Positions 40,201 to 51,863 are shown, numbered from the stretch's first letter. The stretch is 64,000 bases of DNA from Adineta vaga (GCA_021613535.1 CP075494.1:9858001-9922000), one strand, 5' to 3'. The notes: generated from the letters alone by a model not told the origin. Made by a program: numbers and translations.

Positions 40201-42724
40201 CATTATTATTTTTTTTTCTGTATAGCCGCATCAACTTTTCCTCTTTTTTTTGTATCACTCACTCATAATATGAAAAAAAACGAAATATAATTATCTATAA
40301 AGCTATACTTCACTTTAAAAGCAAACTACTCAATTCTCTTTTGAAGAAGCACCAATAAAACAATTGTAATAATGGCTGTATGAAGACGATAAATTGCGCA
40401 TATAATATGGGTAGCTTTTTTTGAAAGTATTGACGACATTTTTCTATGCATGTCGACTAGCATGGCTAATTAGTTTGAGAATTTGAAATAGTCTAAATAT
40501 CACTTGATTGTTTTCTTTTCCAGTTCCAACAGCACAAGCACTGCCAAGTGATCCCTCACGAGTATCTGCGATACAAGAATTAATTGAAACTGAACAACGC
40601 TATGTCGATGATTTATTAACTGTTGCTAATAATTTTATTAAACCATTGAATAATATTCGAGTTTTAAGTGATTATGAAATCGATCAACTATTTATTAATT
40701 GGTTTCATCTAATTGCATTGAATAGTAATCTACTCAAAGCTTTACAAGAACAAGTGAATTATAAAGAAGACATATCATCAACAGAAAATGGAGTTGTAAT
40801 GAGAACACCACGATCAGCATCTTTATCAAATATTCAATTAGTTGCTCAGGTTTGTAACTTGACACAATTTGACACAATTTGAAATGGATTCAAATATTTA
40901 TTGTTATTGTTTTAGTTGCATTCAAAAAATTCAATTGCTGATCGTCATCGTTCACATACACCTGAAGTTTTACATTCGCCAACAGTACTTCGAATAAAAC
41001 ATCATAGCGTTCTTCATCATCGTTCACCATCAAGTCATAATCTAACAGTTCACACACCTATTGAACATATGAATAATTCTCTATCTCCATCATCACCAGG
41101 ATTTCCATCATCTGCCACAATGACAATTAATGAATCAACAAAAATCGGTGACATTCTTTGTTCACATTTACCAAGTATGATTAATGAGTATTTTCAATAT
41201 TGTCATCGTCGTTTTCAAGCAAATAAATCATTTCAAATAAAATGTGATTCCAATGAACAATTCCGTTCGTATTTACAAACATTTCAAGAGAAAACCGGTG
41301 GTTTATCATTGAATGGTTTTCTAACAAAACCCATTCAACGTGTTACACGTTATCCATTATTAATTGAGAAAATTCTTAAACATACTTCACAAAATCATCC
41401 GGATTATTTATCCATTAAACAAGCATTTGATTGTGCACGTCAATTAAATGAACGAATAAATACACAAATAAGTGAACAAGAAAGTAGTTCACGTTTAGAT
41501 TGGTTACAACATCATTTAACATTTGGTAGTGATGAAAATTGTTCCGATGGATATTTATTTGATGAATTAGTAAAATTTAATTCATTAAATCGTTATCATA
41601 TTCAACGACAATTACTTTTACATGGTTTAGTCATAAAAGTATAGAGAGAGAAAAACTATCATTCTATTTGATTGAATGAATTTTGTTTTAGGTATCAAGT
41701 GGAAAAGAATTATTAGGATTTTTATTCAATGATTTTTTGTTACTTGCAACAATGAAATCATCGAATAATTGGCATACACAAATATTTGAACGGAAAACAA
41801 ATTTCCAATTAAAACTTTATCGCATGGTTTGAACAAAAAACATTTTCTAGAAGTTGATTTTATCTTATTTTTCATAGCCTTTATTTCTAACTGATATCAT
41901 CATTGCAAGTGATTCACTTCATGATCAATTATCATTTTCAATTACAACAAAAATTTATGAAAAACCATTACAATTAAAAACCCAGCAAACAAATGTTCGG
42001 TATGTAAATAGAATGAAATTGATGAAAAGCAATGATTTAATTTAGAACTTTATGGGTTAAATCAATTAATAATGCAGTAGAAGAATGTCAAGCAGCAGAA
42101 AAATCTATTTTAGCTGATAAAGCAATGTTTGCAGTAACAGGTAAAAAGAAATGTTTGATTTAAATCAAATTTTATTTCTTTTTCTTTTCTCTTTAGAAAA
42201 CAAACGTGATTCGAAAATAGCTGTTGCTCGTCTTTTACTTGTGGTACAAGAAGCACAGGATCTATCACCAGCACCAACAACAGTTGATCGACATCGTTCG
42301 TATATGAAATTTGTTGTTTAATAGTTTAACATTTCTTTTTCTTAGGTTCTGTTGATCCATATTGTGAAATAACAATTGGTGAATTAACATTAAAAACTCC
42401 ATTTATTAAACGAACACTTAAACCAAAATGGAATGCACCTATGCAATTTCTCTTGTATAATTTAGTTGAAGATACGATACATATTAATATATTTGACAAT
42501 GAATTTTTTTCTCCTAATGGTTTGTTTTTCCATGTTCTTGTATGAAAATCTTCTTTTTTTTTCATTTAGAAAACCTTGGTTCAACATCGATTAATCTTAT
42601 TGATATTCTTCCTTGTTCATTAGATAAATTTTTAACACAACCATCATTACCATTTACACAACAAGTTTATTTGAATAATGGGGCTTCATTAGTAATCAAA
42701 TGTACCGTTCAACTTTTAACATGA
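34221..42724 (+). CDS. ITSN: Intersectin, long form (EH-EH, coiled coil, 5 SH3, DH, PH, C2)
   Basis: IWDLSDITTDGRLDKREF and IWNLADIDKDGRLTPDEF; KELERRRQ-type coiled coil; five SH3 domains; IQELIETEQRYVDDL...FLTKPIQRVTRYPLL; C2 DPYCEI...PKWN. Confidence 0.93.
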
Positions 42725-43120
42725 TCATGAATGAAAAAGCAAAATTGATCTTATTTATTTCCTCAGTATTGTGCAATTGATTTGTTTTCTTTTGTCTTCG
42801 ATTTCTTTGTCTATAAATGTATTTTCGTCCAAACAGTGATTTTTTCTCTTTAAATCCGCCCGAAAAAACAAAACAACAATCTCACCAAATTTTACTTCAA
42901 TTAACTTTTATTGAACAAATTAGTTGATATTAATGTCTTACGGACCGGTGATATTCTTCTTATCGAACATAAAACAATGAATTTATGTGTCAAATTTATT
43001 CCGTTAATTACACATCTCAGTTTCTTTTCTTTTTGTCTATATATTTGTGTACGAATTCTGTTTATTAATGATTAGAATCTTTACTTATTTTGCTTTCATA
43101 TCAATGTGTATGTATGTGTT

Positions 43121-43145
43121 GTGTGTGTGTGTGTGTGTGTGTGTG
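43121..43145. repeat. (GT)n microsatellite
   Basis: About 12 GT units. Confidence 0.9.
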
Positions 43146-43578
43146 GCAATGTTACTTTTTTCTTTCATTCTACTTATAAATATATGAAGTTACAATTTTT
43201 TAACACATTTTGCATATAGAGATTGATGAGTAGAGTGTCTGAAAAGATTTTATATAAGACCTTATTTATGACGAGCATCACGTATTCATTGCAATCAAAT
43301 CAATACGATCATCCATTTCGCAACTATTATCACACATCTTATAGATTTTGTTTTCATGAAGATTTTTATTCGAAGAAAATAGAGGTACAATAGTAGTGTA
43401 GAAAACGTTAAGGTGATGCAACTATCCAACTATTCAAGTATTAAATATATAGTACTGTAATACTGGAAGTGTCCTTCTCAAACCAAAACAATGACACTAA
43501 CAGACTTCTCCCCGTCAATACTTAGCCTTCTTCGTTCACCATCGTCATCAAGATGTCCGAATTGCTGCTTGTTGGTGT

Positions 43579-43930
43579 TTATTTTTTGTTCAGTTCTAAT
43601 TCTGACCTAGAGAAGAGACTGTGATAACCGATTTGACACGTCAACTTTGCATCTGATGCTGCGTTATATAAGTCGAAAATATCAATGTTTAACTTTTCTT
43701 CCCGATTCCATACTATTGTGTTAACATCGTCAGCATAGGCAATGGCTTTAATTCCAATCTGTTTCATACTACGTCCTTCTTTGTAACTTGTGAGGAATAT
43801 TATGCACATAGTTCAGAATAGACCACCAGGCGGTACAAAATCGGGGGTTGATGGATTCGATGTAAAAGAGGGTCGAGACAAATAAGAAATAAGAAATTTG
43901 ACTCTGTCGAACGCCTTTTCTTGATCCCAT
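43579..43930 (-). mobile_element. Degenerate reverse transcriptase fragment related to the neighbouring LINE
   Basis: KGVRQ and IKAIAYADDVNTIVWNREE...DIFDLYNAASDAK, versus intact SGVRQ and IKTIAYADDINTLVRNRDEE...DMFELYSQASGAK. Confidence 0.8.
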
Positions 43931-44064
43931 TAGTTGACAGGGTAAAAAAGAGAAGGAAATTAATGTGACGTCCATCAGATGATATTTTGGGGATTTCATA
44001 ATGAATAATTAAGCGGGAATGGTCGTAGCTATAAAATCTTTATTATTTTGTTTCAAAGAAAAGT

Positions 44065-44140
44065 TGTTGCTCTGGCAGAGCAGTGTTACCACCGATCCGC
44101 ACGATTTCGTCATCGCAACATGTATTTAATCCGTTAGGAT
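44065..44140 (-). ncRNA. 3' part of the SL RNA gene interrupted by the LINE (pair 3 left)
   Basis: SL intron sequence from ATCCTAACGGATT to GCAACA directly follows the LINE poly(A). Confidence 0.88.
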
Positions 44141-44243
44141 TTTTTTTTTTTTTTTTTCCTCTCTTGTTTTATTTATTTGCATCCATGACAAAAAACCACT
44201 AAATTCAACCTGAAAAAACAAGTATGTTAGTGCAATGACTAGG

Positions 44244-47200
44244 CTAACCAACATCAAAAGGTAACCGTTTGATGGTTGTTAAGAAAAGTCGGGTTGCCAT
44301 GGATGGATCTAATTCAAAATTTCGACTACATTGGTGTCTGGCGATATTTCGATATTTCCATATGGAAAATAAATAGTTGCCGATCATAAAAACGATATTC
44401 TTCCGTATTTGACGAATGGGCGATAACTGATTGATTTCTTTGAGGTATATAATATCGATTGTTGTTTTACTAATTTTGTTACCACAGATTGATTCTAATC
44501 TGTCGTTGAGACAGTCAAAGAGCTTGTTAAAAGCGGAACATTTCGTGAAAAGATGAGATGGAGTTTCGACTTCGTTGCATAAAAGACATTTTCTTGTATT
44601 TTCATTGTGGCCGGTACGTGATCGAGTATGGATTCCATAATTGGCTAAGATCATCCAAAAGTCCAGTGTGTGACTGGGCAAGCTTTCTCTCAGCAATCGG
44701 AAAAAATTGATATTTTTTAAAAGTGGAACTTTACGTACAGAAACAGGATGACGAAAGTAAAATCGATTAACGATTTGCCAGTAAAAGGATGGTTGATTTT
44801 GTTGTATGTTTAGACTTCCACCTGCTTTCAGCCACTTTGCAGTATTTGATGCAACTTCATGGAAGAAAGAATCGCCTTTCTCGATGTGAGGTATCAGATT
44901 TGACCAAAGACGTGGGGCATATTGTCGTAATTGAACACCTGTTTCTATTAAAGCATAAAATTTCCAAGGAGCTAAATGCAATGGATTGATCAGTTGAGAA
45001 CCACATTTAATTCGAAGTGCTTCGATCATTGCTTGAAGGTGCGGTAAACTATAACCCCCGTCATGTTTATGTCCGATAATTGTTCTTAAATGAATTCGAG
45101 GACCCAAAGAAGACCAGAAGAACTTCACAAACATATTTTGCAGCTTTGCCACCACTTTCTTCGGAATAACTGAGAGTGAAAACCAATATATCAATTGACT
45201 CAAAATAAAAACTTTCAACACCGTTACTCGTTCCTTTAAGAAAGGTTAATTGTGGACCAATATCCAATCTGTTGTTTGATACTATTTAATTTCTTTTCCA
45301 ATTCGAGTGGTGGCAGTTGTCCTTTTGTATCCATTGGAATACCCAGAAAGATACACCATTCGCAATTAATTTTGGCTTCGAAATATGGTGGAGTCAGCCA
45401 ATCTGATATCCATAGTATTTCGGTTTTGGAGCTGTTGACTTTTGCTCCTGATGCTTGACTATATAATTCAAACATGTCCATTGTTGATCTTTCTTCGTCG
45501 CGATTTCGTACAAGTGTGTTGATGTCATCGGCGTAAGCTATGGTTTTGATTTTCACTTGTTCCGTATTGAGTATATTGTCATTAATTGGAAAAATAATTT
45601 GACGAATAGCTCTAAACTGACTTCCAGGTAGAAATGCACCAGGAATTGATTGATTTAAACGTATACGATTTAGGAGTGGTTCGAGACAAATAATAAATAA
45701 TAAGCCTGATAGGCTGCAACCCTGCCTGACGCCCGAACTAAAAGCAATCGACGTAGAGATGTAATTGTTTAATTTGATTCTAAAGGATCCGTTGCCATAA
45801 AGAAGTTTTATCCAATTGATGATATTGGAAGTAAAACCAAAAGCATTTAATACTCCTACTAAATATCGATGGTTAATCCTATCAAATGCTTTCTCCTGAT
45901 CCCATAAAACTATCCCAATCGGATCACGAATTCGTCTTTGGTATTCAATGATTGATCTGATTAAAATGACATTGTCCTGTATTGACCGGCCAGGAACTGA
46001 ACATGTTTGATCAGGATGAATGATGTTGGCAATCACCTTTCGTAGACGTGTACTAAGAACCTTTGATAATATCTTGTAATCGATGTTCATCAAGGAGATA
46101 GGTCGAAAATCTTTCATCGACCCGTCGGATTTGTTCTTTTTCTTGAGGAGAGTTAACAATGCTTGAAGAAATTTAGGATGGAATTGACCTTTTGTTTTAG
46201 CAGTGTTAATCATTTGAATGTAATGGCTGCCAATTATAGGGAAAATCAATCGCCACACCTCGGCAGTAATGCCATCATCACCTGGTGATCTTTGATCAGG
46301 AATAGCACGAAGTGCATTAAAGCATTCCGATACTGATATTTCTCGATCTAATAATTCACGATCTTCTTCACTTAATTTTGGTAAATCAGCGAACAATTCA
46401 CTCCATGATGACATATTGATTGTTTTTTCTTTATATAATTCATGATAAAAAAGTGTGGCAACTTCGAGCATGTCGTCAATTTCCTCTACACGTCCTTTCA
46501 GTGGATGGTTGAGGAAATGGATAACAGATTGATTTGCCCGCGTACTTGATAGACGTGAAAGAGCAATTTCTCCAAGTTCTTGAGTTGTTTTATCACCGTG
46601 TCCATGATTATTTGCCATTACTTTTTTGACCAAAGTGTCGTGGATGGTATCACGAATTTTATCCATCTCCTTTAAATCGTTAGCTGAAGCATTCGTTGCA
46701 AGTGTGCGATAACGTTCTTGAAGACATTTAATACCATTTCGTGATTCAGCAACCATTTGTTTTTGTTCATCTTGTAAGAGCAAAATTAAACTAGTTTTTA
46801 AATCTGACCACCAGGCAAGATCTTCAAAATTCGAAGACTTTTTGAGTACTTCCCATATTTTTTGGAAACGAGGTAGAAAACTTGGTCTTTTAATCACTTC
46901 GCCATTACATATCCATCTATGGTATTCTGTTGTTGTTGTTGGAGGTGATGATAAATGAAGTGACATTCCATCATGATCTGAAATGCCAACGGGTGTATAA
47001 GCAATATGCAAGATGTTTTTGCGTATAACCTTCGTTCCAAAGAAAAAGTCGATGCGACTGTGTATGTTTCTGGATTCATTGTGGTAAGAGTACACGATTG
47101 AACGAGGGTGTTTTGAGCGATATAATTCGATTAAAGATAATGGTTGTAGAAATTCACTATTGAGAGTTGCATAAGAACGTTGATCATTTCGACCTTCTTG

Positions 47201-47656
47201 GCGAAGACGATCTTTTGTTGGATCAGCAATACAATTAAAATCACCTCCAATCACCATCCAAAGAGATGTCGGAATATATAAATGAAGATCTTTGAAAAAA
47301 TCCCACCTTTCATTTACTTGTGTTGGTGCATAAACACTAGCTACTGTAATAGGACAATTGTTGATTATAATTTTGGCGAAGGCGATCCGACCACTATAAT
47401 CTACGCCAGAATCAATAATGAGTAATTTGTGTTTTATCATGACCATTACACCACCAGCTGACCATGTTCCGAGACTACAGAAAATAGCATAATCAGTGAA
47501 TGATTGTTTGAAGAGATCTAATTGTTGTTTCGACGTAATATGTAATTCTTGTAGAAGAACAATATCATGCGGGTTAACTTTGAGCCATTCTCGAAATAAT
47601 GATTGTTTATTAACTGATACAATGCCACGGATGTTAAATGAGAAAATTGTAATCAT
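44244..47656 (-). CDS. LINE ORF2 (APE endonuclease, RT, C-terminal CCHC) with one apparent 1-bp frameshift at ~45237
   Basis: SFNIRG, LLQE, GGDFN, SRIDF, SDH; FRPISLMNIDYKI, DQEKAFD, GVRQG, YADD; CLLC...HLFTKC; one extra T restores NLS-LKERVTVLK. Confidence 0.9.
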
Positions 47657-47849
47657 GTTTGATGTAATTGTTTAATCGGTAAGGAATTTATAATTTTTTT
47701 TTTTATTTTGAATGATTTTTAAACATTTTTTTTTGGACTTTTAATTAGTTCATTAATTTTTTTTTTTTTTTTAAATATTATATATACATGTGTATATATA
47801 TTTATTCTTTTTAATGTTTTTGTGTGATTTTTACTTGTGAGATGGAGAG

Positions 47850-49046
47850 TTATTGGTCATTAACTTCTCCCTCCTCTTGTTCGTCCATTACCGACGTTGA
47901 AGAATCGTATGTGTGAGCTTTCTTTGGGTCCACTTCTAGATCCGAATCGATGCTTCTATCTGCACATGTTCGTTTAAAATCACTTGTTGAGTTCTTGTAT
48001 GCTTGATACATTATACGTTCTTGTAATGACGTGGCTGTTGTAGCAACCACAGCTTTTTCATTTTGATCCTCTAATAATGTGGACTGTTGTGGATCAAGTA
48101 TTACATTGTCTTCATTTTCTGGTACAGCTTTTGTATTTGTCAAAGTTGTTGTTGTTTGTTGAACTTCTTCGACGGAAATAACATGATTATTTGTATCTTC
48201 TTTTCCAGGTTGAATATTAAGATTTTGCTGAAGAGAGCAATCTTTGGGTTTATGACCAGATTGTTGACAACGAGGGCAAACTTTCTTTTTCCGCTTTTGT
48301 GAAGCCGTTGTTGGTTTAAATACCTGTCCAACTGGAGTAGATTCAACACCCGTATCACCTTGAATACTTGGTGAGTTTGTAGAAAAAATGTTCACTGGTG
48401 TTTCACTAACTGCAGCTGCATATGATTTATTCTGTTGGCATAATGGATCATCATGTCCAAGTGTAAAGCATTTATGACATTTTAAAACTTTACATTCCGC
48501 TTTAATATGACCAGCTTGTTTGCATCTATAACAAACTTTTTGACGACCTTCAAGATTGACCGAGAACGTGTAACCATTATAACGAATACTAATAGGTACT
48601 TTTTCTTCGTCTTGGCGTGTAAAAAAGCGAATACGTATGCGACGTACGAATGTTTTGATTGTTTCAAAAGGTTGTGGCAGTTTTTCTACATCAACATTAA
48701 GAACTAAACCTCCCCATTTTGAAGCAATTGATCGAATATCATCGTCTGAAATAGCTGGTGGAACATTAAGTAATCTAATAATTTTGACATGTTTGTATGG
48801 TTCGCTAATCATAAATGTTTGATCACCAACTTTAAATTCATTATTTTTAAGAATAATTTCTCTTGCATTGGTTGTTTTAAAGATAACGTACCATTCAGAG
48901 AAATTTCCGAGATTTCCAAACGAGTCAATATCTGACACTGGAATGATCTGACCGAGAGCATTAATCATTCCTGTGCGATCAATTCGATCGCTACCTTTAA
49001 TCAATGTAAGCAAAACTGCTTCCCGTATCAACTGGTGAAACGACAT
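47850..49046 (-). CDS. LINE ORF1 (gag-like, CCHC zinc knuckles)
   Basis: First ATG at 49046; CYRCKQAGHIKAEC, CHKCFTLGHDDPLC, CPRCQQSGHKPKDC. Confidence 0.9.
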   Translation of the reverse strand: MSFHQLIREAVLLTLIKGSDRIDRTGMINALGQIIPVSDIDSFGNLGNFSEWYVIFKTTNAREIILKNNEFKVGDQTFMISEPYKHVKIIRLLNVPPAISDDDIRSIASKWGGLVLNVDVEKLPQPFETIKTFVRRIRIRFFTRQDEEKVPISIRYNGYTFSVNLEGRQKVCYRCKQAGHIKAECKVLKCHKCFTLGHDDPLCQQNKSYAAAVSETPVNIFSTNSPSIQGDTGVESTPVGQVFKPTTASQKRKKKVCPRCQQSGHKPKDCSLQQNLNIQPGKEDTNNHVISVEEVQQTTTTLTNTKAVPENEDNVILDPQQSTLLEDQNEKAVVATTATSLQERIMYQAYKNSTSDFKRTCADRSIDSDLEVDPKKAHTYDSSTSVMDEQEEGEVNDQ

Positions 49047-49221
49047 TATAAAATTTCGTAACCAAAGATAAGCAAAGGTTAATGGAAATATATAATAGAA
49101 GGATAAATTGAAATAGAGCGCAGAATGAGCTGACAAGAATCACGCTAAAATCGCTCGTTTCACAGATATCTTCTTTGTTTATTTAAATTTGGAAAAATTT
49201 AGTGTTTGTTTTTCAATTCAA

Positions 49222-49262
49222 AATCCGTTAGAATATTTACCTCTTGGTAAGTTTTAATAAGC
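49222..49262 (-). ncRNA. 5' part of the interrupted SL gene (leader exon + donor + TSD), pair 3 left
   Basis: GCTTATTAAAACTTACCAAGAG|GTAAATATTCTAACGGATT followed by the LINE 5' end. Confidence 0.88.
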
Positions 49263-49395
49263 AATTTGTTTCGATGGCCTCTAGAGTACGCCATCTACGC
49301 TGTCTCTACACTTTGCACTTTTCCTTTACGACTTCCCACATCATATATGTAGAGACAAGGAAAAGTTTGTGCTCCACACATTGTGAAGAAAAATT

Positions 49396-49499
49396 GCTTA
49401 TTACAACTTACCAAGAGGTAAATATCCTAACGGATAAAATACACGTTGCGATGACGAAATCGTGCGGATCGGTGGCAACACTGATCTGCCAGAGCAACA
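49396..49499 (+). ncRNA. SL RNA gene, pair 3 right
   Basis: Leader, donor and intron. Confidence 0.88.
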
Positions 49500-49690
49500 A
49501 CTTTTCTTTCAATAAATGAAATAAAAGATAAAATTCTTAAGAATGTGAGTTTTGTTGTGGCAACTATTCCGATTTGAAAGCAAGCTTTTCACATCAATCT
49601 GCAACACTGTTATAGAACGTTTGATGTTACTGATTATTTTCGTATCTCATTTTGTACTACACAGTCAGTTATCTTTCTATATTAATGGAT

Positions 49691-49776
49691 AAAAGTTGTT
49701 GCTCTAATAGATCAATGCAACAAACGCGCATTTATGTAGACTGAAGACAATATCAATCTGCTAGAGCAATATTTTC
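49691..49776. pseudogene. Collapsed relic of an SL gene pair
   Basis: AAAAGTTGTTGCTCTAATAGATCAATG and CAATATCAATCTGCTAGAGCAATATTTTC resemble the two outer ends of an SL pair. Confidence 0.55.
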
Positions 49777-50229
49777 CTCAATTTCTTGTCACATCAGAAA
49801 GGAATTTTAACGACCGTTAAATAACAATTCCAAATTATTGTTCAAAAATTGCAAATGGTTAAACTTCGATTATATACTCAATATCAACAATGCCAATGAA
49901 ATGCATCGGTATTCTACACACTTTTAATGAAACTATTTATATCACACATCCATTCTGTTTCTTTTGCTGAAACCGAAAGTTATAGATTCATTAAATTTTG
50001 TTCTTCTCTGTGATCAAATTAGTCAAATCGAATCGTTGTTGCTCATTCTCTTTTTAACTTGATTGTGTTTCAATTAGGTTATCACATTTATATTATTATA
50101 TTTGAGTTAGTGCATAATTAATTATCTTCTTTTTTCTCTATACTTATCCGTGAGTATTTTCTCTGGTATGTAATAAATTCATTATGCACGGTGAGTAAAT
50201 ATAAAGTTTTCTTTGGTTAATAAAAAAGT

Positions 50230-50333
50230 TGTTGCTCTGGCAGATCAGTGTTGCCACCGATCCGCACGATTTCGTCATCGCAACATGTATTTAATCCGTT
50301 AGGATATTTACCTCTTGGTAAGTTGTAATAAGC
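50230..50333 (-). ncRNA. SL RNA gene, pair 4 left
   Basis: Leader, donor and intron. Confidence 0.9.
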
Positions 50334-50466
50334 AATTTTTTTCGATGGTCTCTAGAGCACGATATCAACCTCGTCTTTACACATCGTACTTTTCCTTCCG
50401 TTCTCCCGAAACCATATGTGTAAAGACAGCAAGAGAATCGTGCTCTAGAGACCATCGAAACAAATT

Positions 50467-50570
50467 GCTTATTACAACTTACCAAGAGGTAAATATCCTA
50501 ACGGATAAAATACATGTTGCGATGACGAAATCGTGCGGATCGGTGGCAACACCAGTCTGCCAGAGCAACA
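50467..50570 (+). ncRNA. SL RNA gene, pair 4 right
   Basis: Leader, donor and intron. Confidence 0.9.
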
Positions 50571-51522
50571 ACTTTTCTAATAATCAAATACAAAAAGATA
50601 ATCTAAGTACAATCATTGTATCGATACTACCAGTTGTGATAGGAGAAAATATGTAATGGATGAATGCACTTTATTTTCTTGATCAAATAACATCTCTCAT
50701 TATAATATTCTACCACCATGCAACTATTCTCTTAGTTTTAATCTAAATAGATGTCAATTTTTTAACTTTCTCTTAACAAAGCAACATTGCTTGGCTGATA
50801 TATCATTATCACATGATAAATGCTTCGAAGTAGACAAGAACAATACGGGGATCGAGTGAGGGAGTCGTACGTTTTCTTCAAAATACATCGTATTTAATCT
50901 TGATTTAGTAAATTCATAACGATACATGCCTTAGACACCCACAAGAATTACAATAAAGTCATAGCTTTCAAATGTATGATCTCAATCTCACAGATTCATT
51001 ATCGGCACTAGTAATGATTAACCAATTTTCAATGTATAGACAGTTTATTGTTCTATAGATGTTGCTTTATCCACCTTTCAACCACTCAACAGTATATGAA
51101 GCCACTTCACACAAGAACGTGTTCACATACTATATTTGAGGAATTAAACTAGACCGAAATCACTCAATAAAACGATTCCGAACACAGACCAGTATTCGAT
51201 CTGTTGTTTGATGTTAATATTTTATACTCTCATTCTGTTTGTTACATTGCTAACTGCGTCTATAAATATCTCAAGAAAAGTGTACCAGTCGCGACATACT
51301 TACGCTTCGGGGAGTGACATCAAAGACCACTTCAAACTCGAAAAAACCGTTCATGAACCAATGCATGTTCTGCGATGAAATGCATTTTCCCATACTCTCA
51401 ACCGAATTCATGTCGACATTTTTTTTAGATTTACATTCATTCAGCTTTATTGAGAACTCGTAACAAATGTTAAGATGCTTTTACAGATTGGATTATTTTT
51501 TTTCCTTGTTTAATTATAAAAG

Positions 51523-51626
51523 TGTTGCTCTGGCAGATCAGTGTTGCCACCGATCCACACGATTTCGTCATCGCAACATGTATTTAATCCGTTAGGATAT
51601 TTACCTCTTGGTAAGTTGTAATAAGC
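51523..51626 (-). ncRNA. SL RNA gene, pair 5 left
   Basis: Leader, donor and intron. Confidence 0.9.
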
Positions 51627-51759
51627 AATTTGTTTCGATGGTCTCTAGAGCACGCCATCTACGCTGTCTTGACACATCTTACTTTTCCTTTACGACTTCC
51701 CATATCATATATGTAGAGACAAGGAAAAGTTTGTGCTCAACACACTGTGTAGATAAATT

Positions 51760-51863
51760 GCTTATTACAACTTACCAAGAGGTAAATATCCTAACGGATT
51801 AAATACATGTTGCGATGACGAAATCGTGCGGATCGGTGGCAACACCAGTCTGCCAGAGCAACA
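51760..51863 (+). ncRNA. SL RNA gene, pair 5 right
   Basis: Leader, donor and intron. Confidence 0.9.

Larger units (their letters stand above)
44141..49221 (-). mobile_element. Full-length non-LTR retrotransposon (APE-RT, Tx1/L1-like) inserted in an SL RNA gene
   Basis: ORF1 + ORF2, AATAAA and ~17-nt poly(A) at 44141-44157; TSD AATCCGTTAGGAT (44128-44140) / AATCCGTTAGAAT (49222-49234). Confidence 0.93.

Noticed and set aside
51295-51315. ATACTTAC as a U1 snRNA 5' end; possible 5S genes in the SL spacers
   Set aside because: It does not continue as CTG and no U1 body follows; no 5S-like sequence was recognised.
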